Source of the DNA: Trichoplax adhaerens
Taxonomy: Eukaryota > Animalia > Placozoa
Assembly (NCBI RefSeq): GCF_000150275.1
Contig: NW_002060977.1
Span: 315,235 to 379,234 of the forward strand
DNA length: 64,000 bases
Direction of reading: 5' to 3'
Of this stretch, positions 28,201 to 41,087 are shown piece after piece (position 1 is the stretch's first letter; every line of letters begins with the position of its first letter). The translations under genes were made by a program, and so were the position numbers. A model generated the notes under the pieces. It ran no database searches and was not told the origin of the DNA. It saw nothing but the letters and a program-made list of their open reading frames with translations.

Positions 28201-28923
28201 AGCTTAATGTCAGTGTTAATGATGTTTATTATTAGCATTGATAGGTATATCTATATTGCATTTCCTTATTCCACTGTTAAACTATCGCCTTACTATGCCA
28301 AAGTTCTTATGGTGATTTCGTGGTTATTTTGCTTGATATTTGTTTGCATACCAACTGCATACGGTCTGAAGACAGATGGCAACCACAGATTGTATCGATA
28401 CACTAGCATTTGCATGGCAAGCAACGTTAAGAATTATTACTATCGCTTATGGATTATTGTTTACGTTTCCATTACCTTAGTATCCTGGCTAATCACATGC
28501 AGCTTATATGCTCATATGTTTATAGCAATTCACAAGACTGCTAAAGCTACTGTATCTACTGCATCTGATAGTGAAAAGCGAATTGCTATTCGATTATTTG
28601 CGATCATTGTAACTGATTTGGTATCTTGGCTTCCTTATTATTTCTACACCATTCAGCTTCTAATCAGTCCAACATCATCTGGTGTTATTGTATTACAATT
28701 TGCAGTCATACTAGCATTGCCTATTAATTCAGCTATTAATCCCTATCTGTACACGTTAACCAGTCCCCGTATCATTAAATTAATTCAACGTCGTATCCAT
28801 AACTACACCCATTTAGGTAGGATTGAACCTCGCAGCGACGACCAAACACCACTGCGTACTAGCGGCGTAAGCGAACTAAAAGATACTTTTCCTCGTTCGA
28901 ATGGCCAGAAATTAACTGCATAG
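7288..28923 (+). CDS. Gene 1: multi-exon giant leucine-rich-repeat GPCR (LGR, type C / RXFP-GRL101-like), about 41 LRR exons plus hinge and 7TM
   Basis: Exons read from AG/GT boundaries, all open in frame: 7288-7450 (MRNTVPFIIITLFQSYELMIA..., signal-peptide-like, tentative) and 8529-8562. LRR exons: 8678-8749, 10188-10259, 10365-10439, 10522-10605, 11159-11230 (DLSGNSLTSLGQGTFQNYQMLQTL), 11578-11649, 12271-12342, 12534-12605, 12695-12766, 12962-13033, 13237-13308, 13397-13468, 13656-13727, 14857-14925, 15017-15097, 15585-15656, 18923-18994, 19180-19251, 19434-19505, 19718-19789, 20068-20133, 20252-20323, 20409-20489, 21024-21095, 21312-21377, 21625-21696, 21828-21899, 22059-22130, 22301-22372, 22557-22628, 22727-22798, 23371-23445, 23628-23708, 23870-23944, 24031-24153, 24844-24918, 25084-25161, 25285-25356, 25574-25651, 26885-26956, 27548-27619. 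Terminal exon: 27816-28923. Confidence 0.9.
8966..9463 (-). mobile_element. Solo-LTR-like element, family B copy 1 (gene 1 intron)
   Basis: Homologous to 25663-26103; starts TGTCACAA; flanks TTCAT/TTCGT. Confidence 0.75.
11671..12220 (-). mobile_element. Solo-LTR-like element, family C copy 1 (gene 1 intron)
   Basis: TGTGAT...ATTACA ends; exact TSD GAGAT (11666-11670 / 12221-12225). Confidence 0.88.
16444..17073 (-). mobile_element. Solo-LTR-like element, family A copy 2 (gene 1 intron)
   Basis: Reverse-complement copy of 1815-2444; TG...CA ends; exact TSD GCTCT (16439-16443 / 17074-17078). Confidence 0.9.
19101..19135. repeat. Short intronic tandem repeat (ATTCTTTCGCAAC x about 2.7)
   Basis: Directly visible 13-bp unit. 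Confidence 0.85.
25663..26103 (-). mobile_element. Solo-LTR-like element, family B copy 2 (gene 1 intron)
   Basis: Perfect TGTCAC...GTGACA inverted ends; exact TSD ACTGT (25658-25662 / 26104-26108); terminal region related to family A. Confidence 0.88.
26303..26771. mobile_element. Repeat family D (LTR-like, TG...CA) in gene 1 intron
   Basis: TGTGACA...ACTACA; homologous motifs at about 6844 and 40698; no clear TSD. Confidence 0.55.
27816..28923 (+). CDS. Terminal exon of gene 1: short Cys-rich hinge plus complete rhodopsin-class 7TM domain
   Basis: Acceptor catag at 27815 extends ORF 27982..28923 upstream: TSTREYLCCIVPATVGYCKPYIEQDAFTTCSDILSH... TM1 FVWVIGCLAFIGN, TM2 LITNLAVSDL, TM3 SIDRY, TM6 TDLVSWLP, TM7 LPINSAINPYLYT. 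These are LGR/RXFP-type motifs. Confidence 0.96.
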
Positions 28924-28938
28924 AATTAACATTATTAG

Positions 28939-28944
28939 AATAAA
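28939..28944 (+). terminator. Candidate polyadenylation signal AATAAA of gene 1
   Basis: AATAAA 15 nt after the stop codon; weak evidence in AT-rich DNA. Confidence 0.25.
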
Positions 28945-30611
28945 GGTTACTGATGAAAGGAAAAAGTACTTCTTTATAAATTAAGTTTCGAAGTGTAAAT
29001 TTGGCTTCAGATTTATGGGAAGACAACTGATACTCTCACTTACAGCTATAACAGGAGACTGTATAACTGCAAATATTGAGAGATAAAACTAGTTCTCTAA
29101 TTTCGTTTTACTTGAAGGTAGAAGCATCTAAGTTACTACAAGACTTATTATATGCTAAATGATACTGCAAGCAACTCACCAAAATGCGATAAACAAGGTT
29201 TTGTTTCTTCGTTATTCTTGCTGTAAAGCTGGCTTGCAAAGGCGCTATAAGCGTATATGCTTAAATCCTAGATTGTTTACTAATACTATAGTCTAAAATA
29301 ATTGCATTAGCAAAACGATGGCGTAAAGTAATTTAAGTCTACCATATCACTCTAAAATAGCTGTACTAGTACTGCTTCGTGTTAAATATTTGGGTTTATC
29401 ACTACTTAAAAGATATTTTAACTTAAAAAAATATTCTAACAGCTTTTCCTATTTATTAGTAGTGTTATAATTTTGACCGAATACAGTTCGGATCGGTTTG
29501 TGATAGTTAGTCATACCGCGCTAGCGCGTAGTAATCCAGTACATCGGTATTCATAATATTTAAAGACTTGCACAACGGTACAGCTGCTGGTTTTTGTTTT
29601 AGTGATTCGACTCTAGTCAGTCAACTCATCAGGATTGCAGTTAGTAATTGCCAGTTATCGTAAATTATAAGTAATTATAATTGTTTGAGAAGTTTAAGCG
29701 CCATCGTGTACGCTGTTCGATTTAGTCACGTTCAGTAGTAAGATTCATCAGGATCTGTATTATCTCAGTTAGACCGCAAGGTCAAATAATATTCAACGTC
29801 GTTGTGGATCATTACTTAGTCTCAAATAAAGAGTAACCCAGGACTAACAGATATCGGTCAGGTATTGATCATTTCAGTAGAAGCAGTCCAATTAGTACAT
29901 TAGTTGGAGTACCTTGAGAATTTCCCGCATCCGCAAAGGCGTAGTTCTCATACAATACGTCAAATATACTGAACGGTAACAAGTAGTGCACTCATGCTGA
30001 GCTTTTATATACTATCATAATAGCAATTTAGGCCAGTTAGTTATTTCTTTTAACATACGAGGTAAACTTATACGACTAACCTATTCTACCTTACTATAAG
30101 TATCTACAGGATTTTATCATGTAGTCCTCACTTGTAAAAATTTAGCACTATTATAGAAATGTTGCGTAAATTGAAATAAAGTGGCGTTTGCCCATAATAT
30201 AAGTTGGTATCAATTATAATTACCTGGGTTTCAGAGTAGTCATAAAATATGCTTTCCCATCATTACTTAATAAACCTAATACTTCTGCGACAATCGATTC
30301 CTAATTTAATCTAATATAGCGCGGCTGAGCAACAAATAGGCAGGAGCTACACCTGCTCTTAAGACGTAAAGTCAACTGAAATCATCAGAGATTGCACAAT
30401 GAATTGTGGGCAAATCGTAAATGTTAATTGTTTTCGAGATATGCTTAGCTGAAATAAATACATAAAGCTGTCGTACTGCTACACACAAAATTATGGCTAA
30501 ATTAAATTACTGGTATCTAATATTACGAAGTAATTTTCGATGAGAAGACTTGCCTCATATTCAGTCGATAATATAACTTGACATTGTTTGAAAATACTGA
30601 TTGCATATGAT

Positions 30612-30815
30612 TGTCACAAACTAGTTTTGCGACAAAGTTTACGTAAAAGCAAATCTCTAAATTTCCGAAGTTTTCGGATTCAGTATTTCTTATCTACTCA
30701 CAAGACCTTAGACGCCTTTGCTTCTTCGTTACAAAGCTAGAGAACTGATTTTATTCAATGATCTGCCGAGCTTAAATACCTTTCGTCGGTGGCTAACATT
30801 GATAAATTATCATTA
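30612..30815 (-). mobile_element. Truncated family B element
   Basis: TGTCACAAACTAG...GACGCCTTTGCTTC matches one end of family B; similarity is lost after about 200 bp. Confidence 0.7.
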
Positions 30816-33800
30816 TTCGACTTTAAAGGAGCTTAAATTCTATGAGGACAATTTAACATAACTTATACAAGATGCTACTATATACTAATATATAATCTTC
30901 TTTTCTGGCTTAAGTAATGCACGCAATATAAACCTGACATTAATGCTAGATAGTTAATAGATACCTCAAAAATTCATGCCTAAAATACTAGCAATAAATT
31001 ACAACATAGTATTTTTGCTACAAACTAACAGAAATAGTAATCTTATAAATTATTTTTTGTCGTTATATTAAACCTTTAAACTTTAAAGTAATATCTAATA
31101 TATCGTGAACAGTACAAGGATAATTTTTTAATTAATTTATTACTGTGCTTCATTGCTACTCATTTAATATATGATAGTATATGGTATATGATTGCAATTA
31201 TACTATTTAGGTATCTTTATTTTGAAAGAACGAGACTGAAAATTCAGAATCCTTAATGATACATCTACAAAATAAGAAATTTCAATAAATATCCCCTTTT
31301 AGCATGGCTTCCATAATATAATTATTTTATAACGTTCGCAATGATTAATTAATACTGTTGTACAGAAAACGTCCGCAAGAATTTCGCATGGCAAAAAGTA
31401 ATCGTATCTTCACAGATTAATTAGTAAATATACTTAGCAACGCTAAATCCAAACGATATGATGAGGGACCGGTAGTATAGAGTATCTTTCTATCACAATG
31501 GCCGCGGATGAATGATTGTAGATATGGGATTACTGTCTGATAAATTAAATTATCAGTCATTCTTGTCCATCAGGAAGTTTTGATAGAAATTAGCCATTCA
31601 AAATAACCTACATGTGATATACTATACAGACGTACATTAACGGACCTTCCGGTGACATTAAGTCGGTTTACGCAATTGCCAAATGCCAAATTGATATACT
31701 TAGTATCTTAACGCTTATATTGCATTTAATAGATATCTTAAAATTTCCTACTATCCATCATGCAATATTAATTCCCCTCAAATTATATAATTTGATTTGT
31801 AGAATGCAAAGAATGCATTTTTAATTTGTGATCCCTTGAAGTTACGTTTCATAATCTATTCTAAATTTCATACAAGAAGACCGCAGCTGATAAAATAAAT
31901 TAAACTTACGCTAACAAGTTAAATCATCGAATCAAATTTTCGTTTATAAATCAGGTAGTGTAGTATTAAAATATTTTGCCTAGCGCTAATGAATACTTAC
32001 CGTATACTTTAAAATTCACAAATTTTAAATGCGATAACTATAATGTATATGTTGCAGTCATAAGCTGGTTTAGATTGTAACACGAGATCTTACTCTAGAG
32101 CACCAGCTAACGTATTGACTAGCCTAATGTAATACTGAATACCGTAGTTTAACCTTAACGACAATCTAAGTAGCACACCTTAGCTGGCTTAAGTGATAAT
32201 AAAGCTTTATCAAACACAGTAAAGACCTTGATAACTAAGGCTGATATAAACTCAAGTCAGTGACACTAGATCAGATCGGAAGAACATTCATGACTGACTG
32301 ACTACTCAGAACCTCTTAGCACGTAACAGCGGCTCCTTTTATACTCTCGTAAAAGTATCCTGGTGCATACCAGATAAACTTTAGCATAGAATCAATCTAC
32401 TATAGTATAAGTGATGCCTATAAGGTCTCAGTATGAAATAGAATGTAAAAAATCTTAATGAATTTGAAATTAGTTATGAATCAATTAAGAACTAATTAGT
32501 ACTTGGCACTCAACACGATATATATTAGCTCATAACCTTGAGTGTCAACAATTTTCTCCATCTTAGAAATTTATATTAACAATAATAAAGTAGCGTTCGG
32601 CACAATTAAGCATGGTCAATTAACCCAGATATAAATAATGAAAGTAGTAAATTACAATCATGAGTTGTTTTCTAGCAATATAGAATTAATTAATTGTATA
32701 CAGCTTCAGTCAATTAGCATCTGGAAAGTACTAAACATTTATGGAGCTTCGCATGCACCGTAACGGTCTATTAAGCTGTCGATACATGATTTGATACATT
32801 GGCACACACTAATATTCATGCATAGTTACAAATACAGTAAGGAATCTACTATAACTATCAAAGACTAACTGATGTAGCCATAAATAATGTAGCCTATCAT
32901 TGCGTTTCTCATCATACTCAAATTGGCACAAACTGGAAATATATAGTGATAATTAAATCTGACAGAAACTAAAGCCAACGGGTATCGGTTAATCATTAAA
33001 GATCGTGAGTTGCTAATTCGCAATTAATCTTCCGAAAATTTCAACAAAATGCATAGGTAAATACATTATGATATATTAAAATAATGTATAAAATCATGAT
33101 ATTACGCTCAGCTAGCTAAGAGTATTTCTATTTCTTTCCTAAATTTAATCAAATAGGAAATAATGGACAATTACTTTTCATGAACCATATTTACTTATCC
33201 TTGACTTTAATCACTAAATGATAAATAACTAAATAGATTTCATTGAAAATATTTAAAGTTTACGACTAGAGTTTAAAATAAATAAAGAAAGCATGCAATT
33301 GATGCAACCTCCACGATAATCATTAGTCCAGATTTTATTTGCGATACCAAATAGAAATAAAATTACGTGCCAGGCTTCAGTTAGTATCACCTACAATTAA
33401 ATTCAATCTAGTTTATTACAAAGACAAGAAAGAAGGTATAATTGATGCCTATTCATTAAGAAATACAAATCGTTCAGTGAACAATAAATAGCTCCATAAC
33501 GTCTTATTTTTTTTTAGAAAAAGCACCGGTAATGAAATATATATATATCGTTTTAGAAATATTTAACCTTTATTCTTTTTATGACCAATATATTACTATT
33601 CACAAAGCTAAAAGATGATCTCTCAACTCTAAACCATAGAAAATTTCAAACAATATCTTATACAAGCTTATTTCTTAATTAATAACATCCCAAAAAAAGA
33701 AAACTATAAAAATATGGATTTCAATTCTATTCCCTCAAACATGATTTCTTTAGCTGGACTCAGAGTATTATAACATCAATTAACTGCATTAATTTTATCA

Positions 33801-34669
33801 TTACTCCTACTTTGTCGCATTAATCCAAACATAACTAGTATTACTTAAAAGATGATGAATTGAGATGATAATAACAGGTAAAATTTAAAACTTCAATAAC
33901 ATGTATAAAATTAATATATTTTCAAGGTAGTACAATACCGTAAATGCTAATCAAGGTTTAATTTTTAGAACATTAATTCATATTCGATTTCATAGGAAAT
34001 TTTTAATAGAGACTATAGTCAATTGAGCGTTGATTATGTTTGAACTTGTTAAGAATTAAAATAGTCTGTCGACAGTATTTGAATTGTTCGCAGGCGATGG
34101 CATAATTTATTTCGCAATATTGCTAATTATAAGTTAAATATCAAATATGGATATTTAATACAAAATTAATTTAAATTGCAATAGTAATTCATGTGATATA
34201 AGTGTTCTAATCAACAGGACTAGCCCAGATTTTTAACAGATCCTGAATGATACATTTTGGATGCGTTGGCATCCATTATTAGAAAAGTTACTAAAATGAT
34301 AACTCTGCATGTGGTCGCAGTTCTCATAATATTTAAAATCTATTTAAGATCGCACACTGATGAGTAAAGCATTTTTAGTGATTCCTCCGAGTTTTTTGTT
34401 TGTTACACTAACTACTGCAGTTGGCTAGGGATCGCCAAAAGAAGCGTAGTTCCTTTACAGTAGATTGCCTAGGTGACTTATCCTAGACTGGTTCTAGTCT
34501 TTATTGTCGGCGTAGCGGTGTAGCAGTAGCAGTGATAGAAGAGAAAGTATTTTTTCTCATTGTGCCACTGTACTTACAGAAATTTTAGTCCGTAACATAT
34601 ATAAAAGTAATAATATAGCAATTAAAATAGTCTCGTTATATTGCAATGTCTGTTTTGTATATTTATTGC

Positions 34670-35785
34670 TGTAACAGTGTTACACGCTATAATATCTAAA
34701 TCTTTTCTCAATTCAAATCACTGTGATTGTAACTTACTTATGGTAAATTGTAGATTATCGTAAAAATGTTTCGTGATAGGACTGTTGCAAAACAGCTTTG
34801 CAACATGATAACATGATGTACGATCAATAAATCAATTCCTTGAACCGTGTATCAAGGAGCGATATCTACTCTATCTGAATAACTTTTACTCTACTAACAG
34901 ACTACACAAAGACTTAGACGCCTCGTATTTTACGTTAAACACTAATTTTAAGAATTAACTTTATTAAAAGATATATTGCGTTTATACAGTATATTTTCCT
35001 CAATAGTTGATGAGTCATAGATAGTACGATTAACTTTGGAATCAATCACTGAATTAGACATTAATTTTAGCTACTACTCCCTAATGTAGACAGCAGTATT
35101 TACGATCATAGACATCTGATAACTAATTGAGAATAGTCAGATTACGATATATCCTATCATAGTACATTTCCACGATAATTTACAATCTACTATAAGTAAG
35201 TTATAATCACAGTGATTCGAACTGGAAGTAGATAATTCACATTCCCTAATATAACTATTAATTTCAGTATATGCATAAATGTCACTGTCATAGAAAGCTA
35301 GTGCTATATTAAAACACAGTATATCCAAAATAGAAGTTAACTAAATAAAGATAGTCTAACAAATTTATCCTAACATAGATATTTCTACTTTAATACAGTA
35401 TATAACACTTTCACAAGGACATATTGTGGTCTAAAAAAATTTGTATTAGTCATTCGATTTCTAAGTTCATAAATACTGATGTCTTCATTAGGTAGCTGAA
35501 GATAAAAGAAACTTTTGATTCATTAGCAGATTTCAACGATAATATTACTAACTAGGATGCCTTTGCTATTGTAAAAGAGTATAAAATGCGATACATCATA
35601 TAAATAACGAGAGTTCTTAAGATTAGTGTTTAACGTAAGATACGAAGCGTCTAAATCCGCTTATAGTCTACTAGTATAGGAAAAGTATTCCTAAAAGAGT
35701 AAATATTGCTCCCTAATACGTGGTTCAGGGAATCGTCGTATTGATCGTATATTACGTTATCTTGTTGCAAAGTTGTTTTGTAACA
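34670..35785 (+). mobile_element. Older diverged family A element interrupted by copy 3
   Basis: Starts TGTAACAGTG and ends ...GTTTTGTAACA; family A sequence resumes across the insertion (gtgatAGGAC | atattg); flanks ATTGC/ATTGA (4 of 5 match). Confidence 0.8.
34783..35415 (-). mobile_element. Solo-LTR-like element, family A copy 3 (nested)
   Basis: Reverse copy of family A; exact TSD AGGAC (34778-34782 / 35416-35420). Confidence 0.9.
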
Positions 35786-37374
35786 ATTGACCATTAATTT
35801 AACACATAATTGTATTTAACAATAATTTAATACTAACGATATTGGAGCTAAAATCAAGAGCGATAGGATTTTAATTATAGTCACAGTTTTATGAAATATA
35901 CCATAATCTGTATCCAACTGTGACATTACTTTTCATTTAATAATGCAGTAATATTAAACTAAAAACATAGTAAGCAAAGTGATTAAAATACATTTATGTA
36001 CTAATGTAAGAAAAATTGGTGATTATTTATAAGCAAATTCAAATTAATCATTAAGCTCGCTATATGTCGCTACCGTATTTTGATGATATTTTAATTGGAA
36101 TAATATGCCTAAAGTCATTATCTAAAAATGCTACCTTTGAAAAGAGAGTCACCTAGCTAAATGAAATTCTATAAGTGTTGATGTCAACAAGTTTACTGGT
36201 TGTACCAAGTTTGCGTTAATAATTCGCAGCTGATAACATCTACGTAGTTATGTAAATTTTTAAGTATAGATTGACCCGACGATTTTTAATCTACTTATGT
36301 AATCTATAAATAATAATCTTGTTCCTACTTAAGCACTACTAAGTAGACAATTTTTAATTTAAATTGGATGATCGACTAACAGCATTTAATGTAGTGCAAA
36401 CCTTTACCGGTAGGTACGATATTTTAGTAGACAAAAGATTACCCCTATTTGTGTAATCAATTTTTATTAGAAATCTAAAGCAAATGTTTCAAACTTGATG
36501 TAACTAAATATGATCACATTAGATTCATGGCAATGAAAACTTCGTTATAAGCTATAGCATTGGTAATAAGTTAAAGTTAACCATATTCTACTATACTATA
36601 ATTTGCCAGACTTGAAGATATTAGAAAACAATAAAAATTGATAAAATTAGGATTGAACTTTTATTATTGTGACTTTACCGAAGCCGTAATTAACATTTAC
36701 GGTCCAGTTATTCCATTATTAGTCTAGCTTAAGTAATTAAAGCTTTTATCTACCATTCTACATAAAAGGCAAGTTTTTCTTCGAAAATGAACTTAATTAG
36801 CTTTATGATTATCAGTTCAAAGTCACCTAAAGCTTCAATAGCACATTTACATTTTATATATATATTATCTAGACTGGTTCTTTCAGCTCTAGTACCGGAT
36901 ATTGTGGCTATTTTAATATTAATAAATCTTTAACGAGTAATGGATTTTATAGATAATACAATATTTATTATCGTAGTGTTCTTTTACGCGTATCTCTGAA
37001 TTATAAATCGATATCAGGGAGCCAAATTAATCGCATGTGATAATACTCGGATAAAATTGCAATCAAAAATTACTCGTTAAGAAGAAAATCAATTTTATTA
37101 CAAAAAACCAATCGACTCAGGACAAATATAGTTATACAAGTAAGAGCAATTTTGTTACTATTCCTTTTGTATTTTAGAAAGTGATTTGGATAGTTAATTT
37201 ACCGCAATTCATAAATTTATATTCACTAAAACAATACGATCATTCTATTTAAGTTGCCTTAACTACTTATTATGATGTAATACTGGTCTAATATCCTATG
37301 TTGATTTTTGGACCTTATTGATGGCCTTTACTTAAGTACGAAGAATTGATTACCAATAAAATTATGAATATCTA

Positions 37375-37936
37375 TGTAATGTAACTTAGTATTGTGATTG
37401 TAGAGTGTTCGCCATGTTCAGTATAATGTACGGTAGCGTAACTTCTATATTTATCCTAAAAGATATTTGGTAGCTATAACTATAGACTGTAGTGATATAG
37501 ACTCTATACTCGACTACAGATGACTATATACAGTAAGGTGTTGAGTTACTAATAAGGTTATAGGTAAAAATAGAACCGTAAATCATATATTAGGATATTG
37601 TTAATTCATTGTACTTTGGCTGGTGTGAATAATGTCTACGTAAATGCTGTAGTCGTATTCATATCAGATTAATGATGGTCTGCAGTAGAATAGTGTTAGT
37701 AAGAATAATTTAACTATGTGTAAAATAAGGTAAAAGGTTGTCGTGCGGATTATAGCTGCAAATGCTACGAAAAGTATGAAAGCATGCAACTTTAGATTAT
37801 TCTGTTAGTTCGTTGTAGAAGTCTTTAGTGGTAGTATTCGGCTAGAGTAGAGCTGTGTGTAGTTAATCTTTGTTTAAGATTCAATAAAGCCCTTATTTTT
37901 CTAAAATTTGGAATTTCGTGATCGGTATATATCACA
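37375..37936 (+). mobile_element. Solo-LTR-like element, family C copy 2
   Basis: Near-identical reverse complement of 11671-12220; exact TSD ATCTA (37370-37374 / 37937-37941). Confidence 0.88.
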
Positions 37937-39464
37937 ATCTAAAATTATTGAATTGAATGAAATCAATAAAGTAAAAACAATAAACTGTTATTGATAGTGC
38001 TATTGTTCGAGCCGAATTTTCTTGTTTTTTACAGTCTAAGTTCTGAATAGAATTAGATCTGAATGCAAAATTATTTATTCCTCGTCACAGGAAGCTAAAA
38101 TTAAAAATACGAAGTAATTAGTTGATATTAAATTAAAACAGTCGCTTCATGGTTAAACTCTAGGAGAAGCAGAATGCTGTAATTATCAATAGTCTTCCAA
38201 AATTTTGAAAAGGTCTGAGATCTATTCATATTTTAATTTAGACTCTTTCTGTCAGCTTGTCATTGTATCTTGATATTTGAGCTATTTCTTTTCATTTAAA
38301 TCCACAATACTGTTAAATTAACTCTTATCGTTAGAATCTTTACCAGCAACCGCATGCAAAATCCTCGCAAGTGTGTTAAAGATGACTTCGCAACAAAATC
38401 CAGTCCAAACTTTCTTGCTGTGCTATCTTTTCTTTTACGGTTAGTTTGATGCACTAAATTAATCTGTTGCTATTACTAGTAGCTCATTATAGAAGCAGCT
38501 GTTTTGGTCAGATTCGACTTTTGCAATTAATATCGACTTATTAAAAATTTATTTATTTTACAATAGACTTTATCAATTTCTAGTAATATTCGTAACAACA
38601 TTTCTTGAAAACTGACACACTTTAGAAATTTTTCCCCGCTTTTACTATCTAAAGTTAATTTGAGAAGACCTGCCAGTGAATTTTGGTATATTGATAAATC
38701 ATGGGCAGACTACATTATGTTTAATGAGCGTTAGCCTTAAGATCGACATTAGACTATAAATTCCAACAATTTAGATACAATCAGGAATTTTGAAGATAAT
38801 TCGAGCTGCTTTTTCTGCATTTAATTATTTTTCATTAACATCCTTAAATATTAGCTTTCAAAACTATTGATAATTAATCACTGTGCTCATTTATTACTCT
38901 TAATAACATCTGAAAGATATTTTTAATTCGAAGGTATCTTAACCAATCCTCACTTTAATTCATGTACCCAGCAATTAATGAGCTTGTTAACATAGAATAT
39001 TTTGCACCAGTAGTATTCGGCTTTATATTTATTAATAAATAAGAAAATTGAATTAGCATCTGTTCTATTCCGTAAGATTCTGCAAGGAAAAAATATACTG
39101 AAAAATATTTAGGGCTTCAAAAATTTAAAAAATTTATTAATTCATTAAACCTGGGTATGAGCTCATTATTTCGATTACAGCTTAAGCGCCGATAGTAGAA
39201 GCTACGTAGGTAACGTGATCAAAATAATGTTTGCCTAAAAAAATTAAATTACCCAATTTACGTGCACTTGCGTTAAGCTCATAACATACCTTGAAGTAGT
39301 CAAAAAAGGAGAAAAAGTTACCTTAATCCATAGCTAAAATTATTCACTATAATAAAGGGACTATCGGGCATGGACCTATAACTATCTAATTCGCTCGATT
39401 ATACGCGATACATACCACTGGCTTTAAGTAACTAAAACAAATTTTTTTAACAATCATTAATACC

Positions 39465-40031
39465 TGTCACAGTGCAAACTACCGTGAAGAGTAAATGACT
39501 AAATTTAGTGTTTAACATTTATATATGGAGATAACTAATAATGACTAACAGTAAGAAGTACGGTAGTTAGTATTTTATTACAGTAAATTATGCTACACTG
39601 TAGAAAGAGTTCTCATAAGGTAACTAATGTTAATTGATTATAGTGTTACGTCTTGTAACGCTTATGATAAATATCCTGAAGATATTCAATTACAGAAGAT
39701 ACTATATATAATTCTGTGTATGGACATACTGTAATCTAATTATCTAGAATCGTTCAGTACATATCTAAGATTATGAATAATTTCTGTATTAATTTAGCTA
39801 TCCAATATGAACTAAATTTCATGAACTGTCATGACTCATGCATGATAGCAGCTGCCGAAGGGTATTTAAGCTCGGCAGATAGTTAAATAAAGCAGATTTC
39901 TATAGTTGCCTAACGTAGAAAGAAAGGCGCCTAAATTCTTGTGAGATAGTTAAGGGATACTGAATCCCGGAGACTACAGTAATTTAGAGATTTGTTTTAC
40001 GTTATCTTTGTCTCGAAGCTAGTTTGTGACA
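39465..40031 (+). mobile_element. Solo-LTR-like element, family B copy 4
   Basis: TGTCAC...GTGACA ends; reverse complement of the other B copies; flanks ATACC/ATACA. Confidence 0.82.
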
Positions 40032-40697
40032 ATACATTAGTTAATTAATTTCCCAATCTATCTTATTTGAGATACTCCTATTCTAAATTAAATTCGATGG
40101 AGCTTGTTTACCTATAAAGTAATTGTATCTTGATTAAAAGTTACGTTTAGTAATTATTGGAACATTTATCTATTTTCAATTATTTAGTTATAGTAAGAAT
40201 TGCATACTGCCACTTAAAAAAATAATAATTACATCAATTAAGCTGTAGAGGTACTACTAAGTAAAATAATCATATCGTATAATGCTGTTACGCATCTATG
40301 AATATTTACTATGAATTATTGATAACTTTAAACTCATTGGGATCATTTTAAACATTTAATTTTTCGTTAACCATTCATCCATTATGTATATATATGGGGT
40401 ATTCTTTTTCTGTATAATAAATCAATTTGATAATAACAGTTGAGTTAGACAAAGTTAATACACTTTCACAACCTTACAAAAGTCTTAACAAAGCAAGAAA
40501 TTAAATTATATCTTAAACTACATGTAGTTGATAGTACATTTAATAAGTAATTACCAATATCACCAATAGCAGTCTATTAAGTTTGGCTTTACTTAAGTAT
40601 ATACTATATCTTACTATTCTACAACAAACGAATGATGAAAATTATCGATGAATACTAAGGTAAATAACCAGAACCAATAGCAACGTACAAATCGTAT

Positions 40698-41087
40698 TGT
40701 CGTAAAATTCTGACGTTTCGGAAGATTAGGAGCCCGTTATAACGGCAAGAACATACAAATGATTAATTATTAATAAGGAAATAGTAATATTTATTATAGT
40801 TAGCGTTAGAAAAACCATTTTAGGATACGGCTAAACAAACGATTTGTTCTAGTCAAATAACTATGTTAAAATAAAAGTAAAACGTGCGTGTAACCGTATC
40901 ACGTAGGTATTAGAAGTATATGACAAGATAAATACTCTAGAATTGCTTTCATAGTGTGGAAAACACAATAGTTGTAAGCTGGATGTTCCGGTAATATACT
41001 TCAAAATATGGTGCTACAATTGAAGATTTACGATAGAATACCGAATATTTTACTAAAGATTGAGTTAATTATTAAAGATACATAACA
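40698..41087. mobile_element. Repeat family D copy
   Basis: TGTCG...tgacgtttcggaagatt start and tgctacaat...ttttactaaa motifs shared with 26303-26771. Confidence 0.5.

Larger units (their letters stand above)
33500..40650 (+). pseudogene. Decayed LRR/7TM relic on the plus strand, interrupted by LTR-like elements
   Basis: Fragments MDFNSIPSNMISLAGLRVL (about 33715), NLPDLKILE (about 36600), INSLPKF*KGLRSIHIL (about 38185), LESLPATACKILASVLKMTSQQNPV (about 38330), YLFYNRLYQF (about 38550); weak TM-like remnants at 39000-40600. Confidence 0.35.

Noticed and set aside
39465-39480. CACAGTG (RSS heptamer) near element ends plus 5-bp TSDs, suggesting a Transib/RAG-like recombination system for the LRR exons
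   Set aside because: TSDs place the termini at TGT, not CAC; the heptamer is not conserved across copies; no 12/23-spaced nonamers; the elements do not systematically flank exons.
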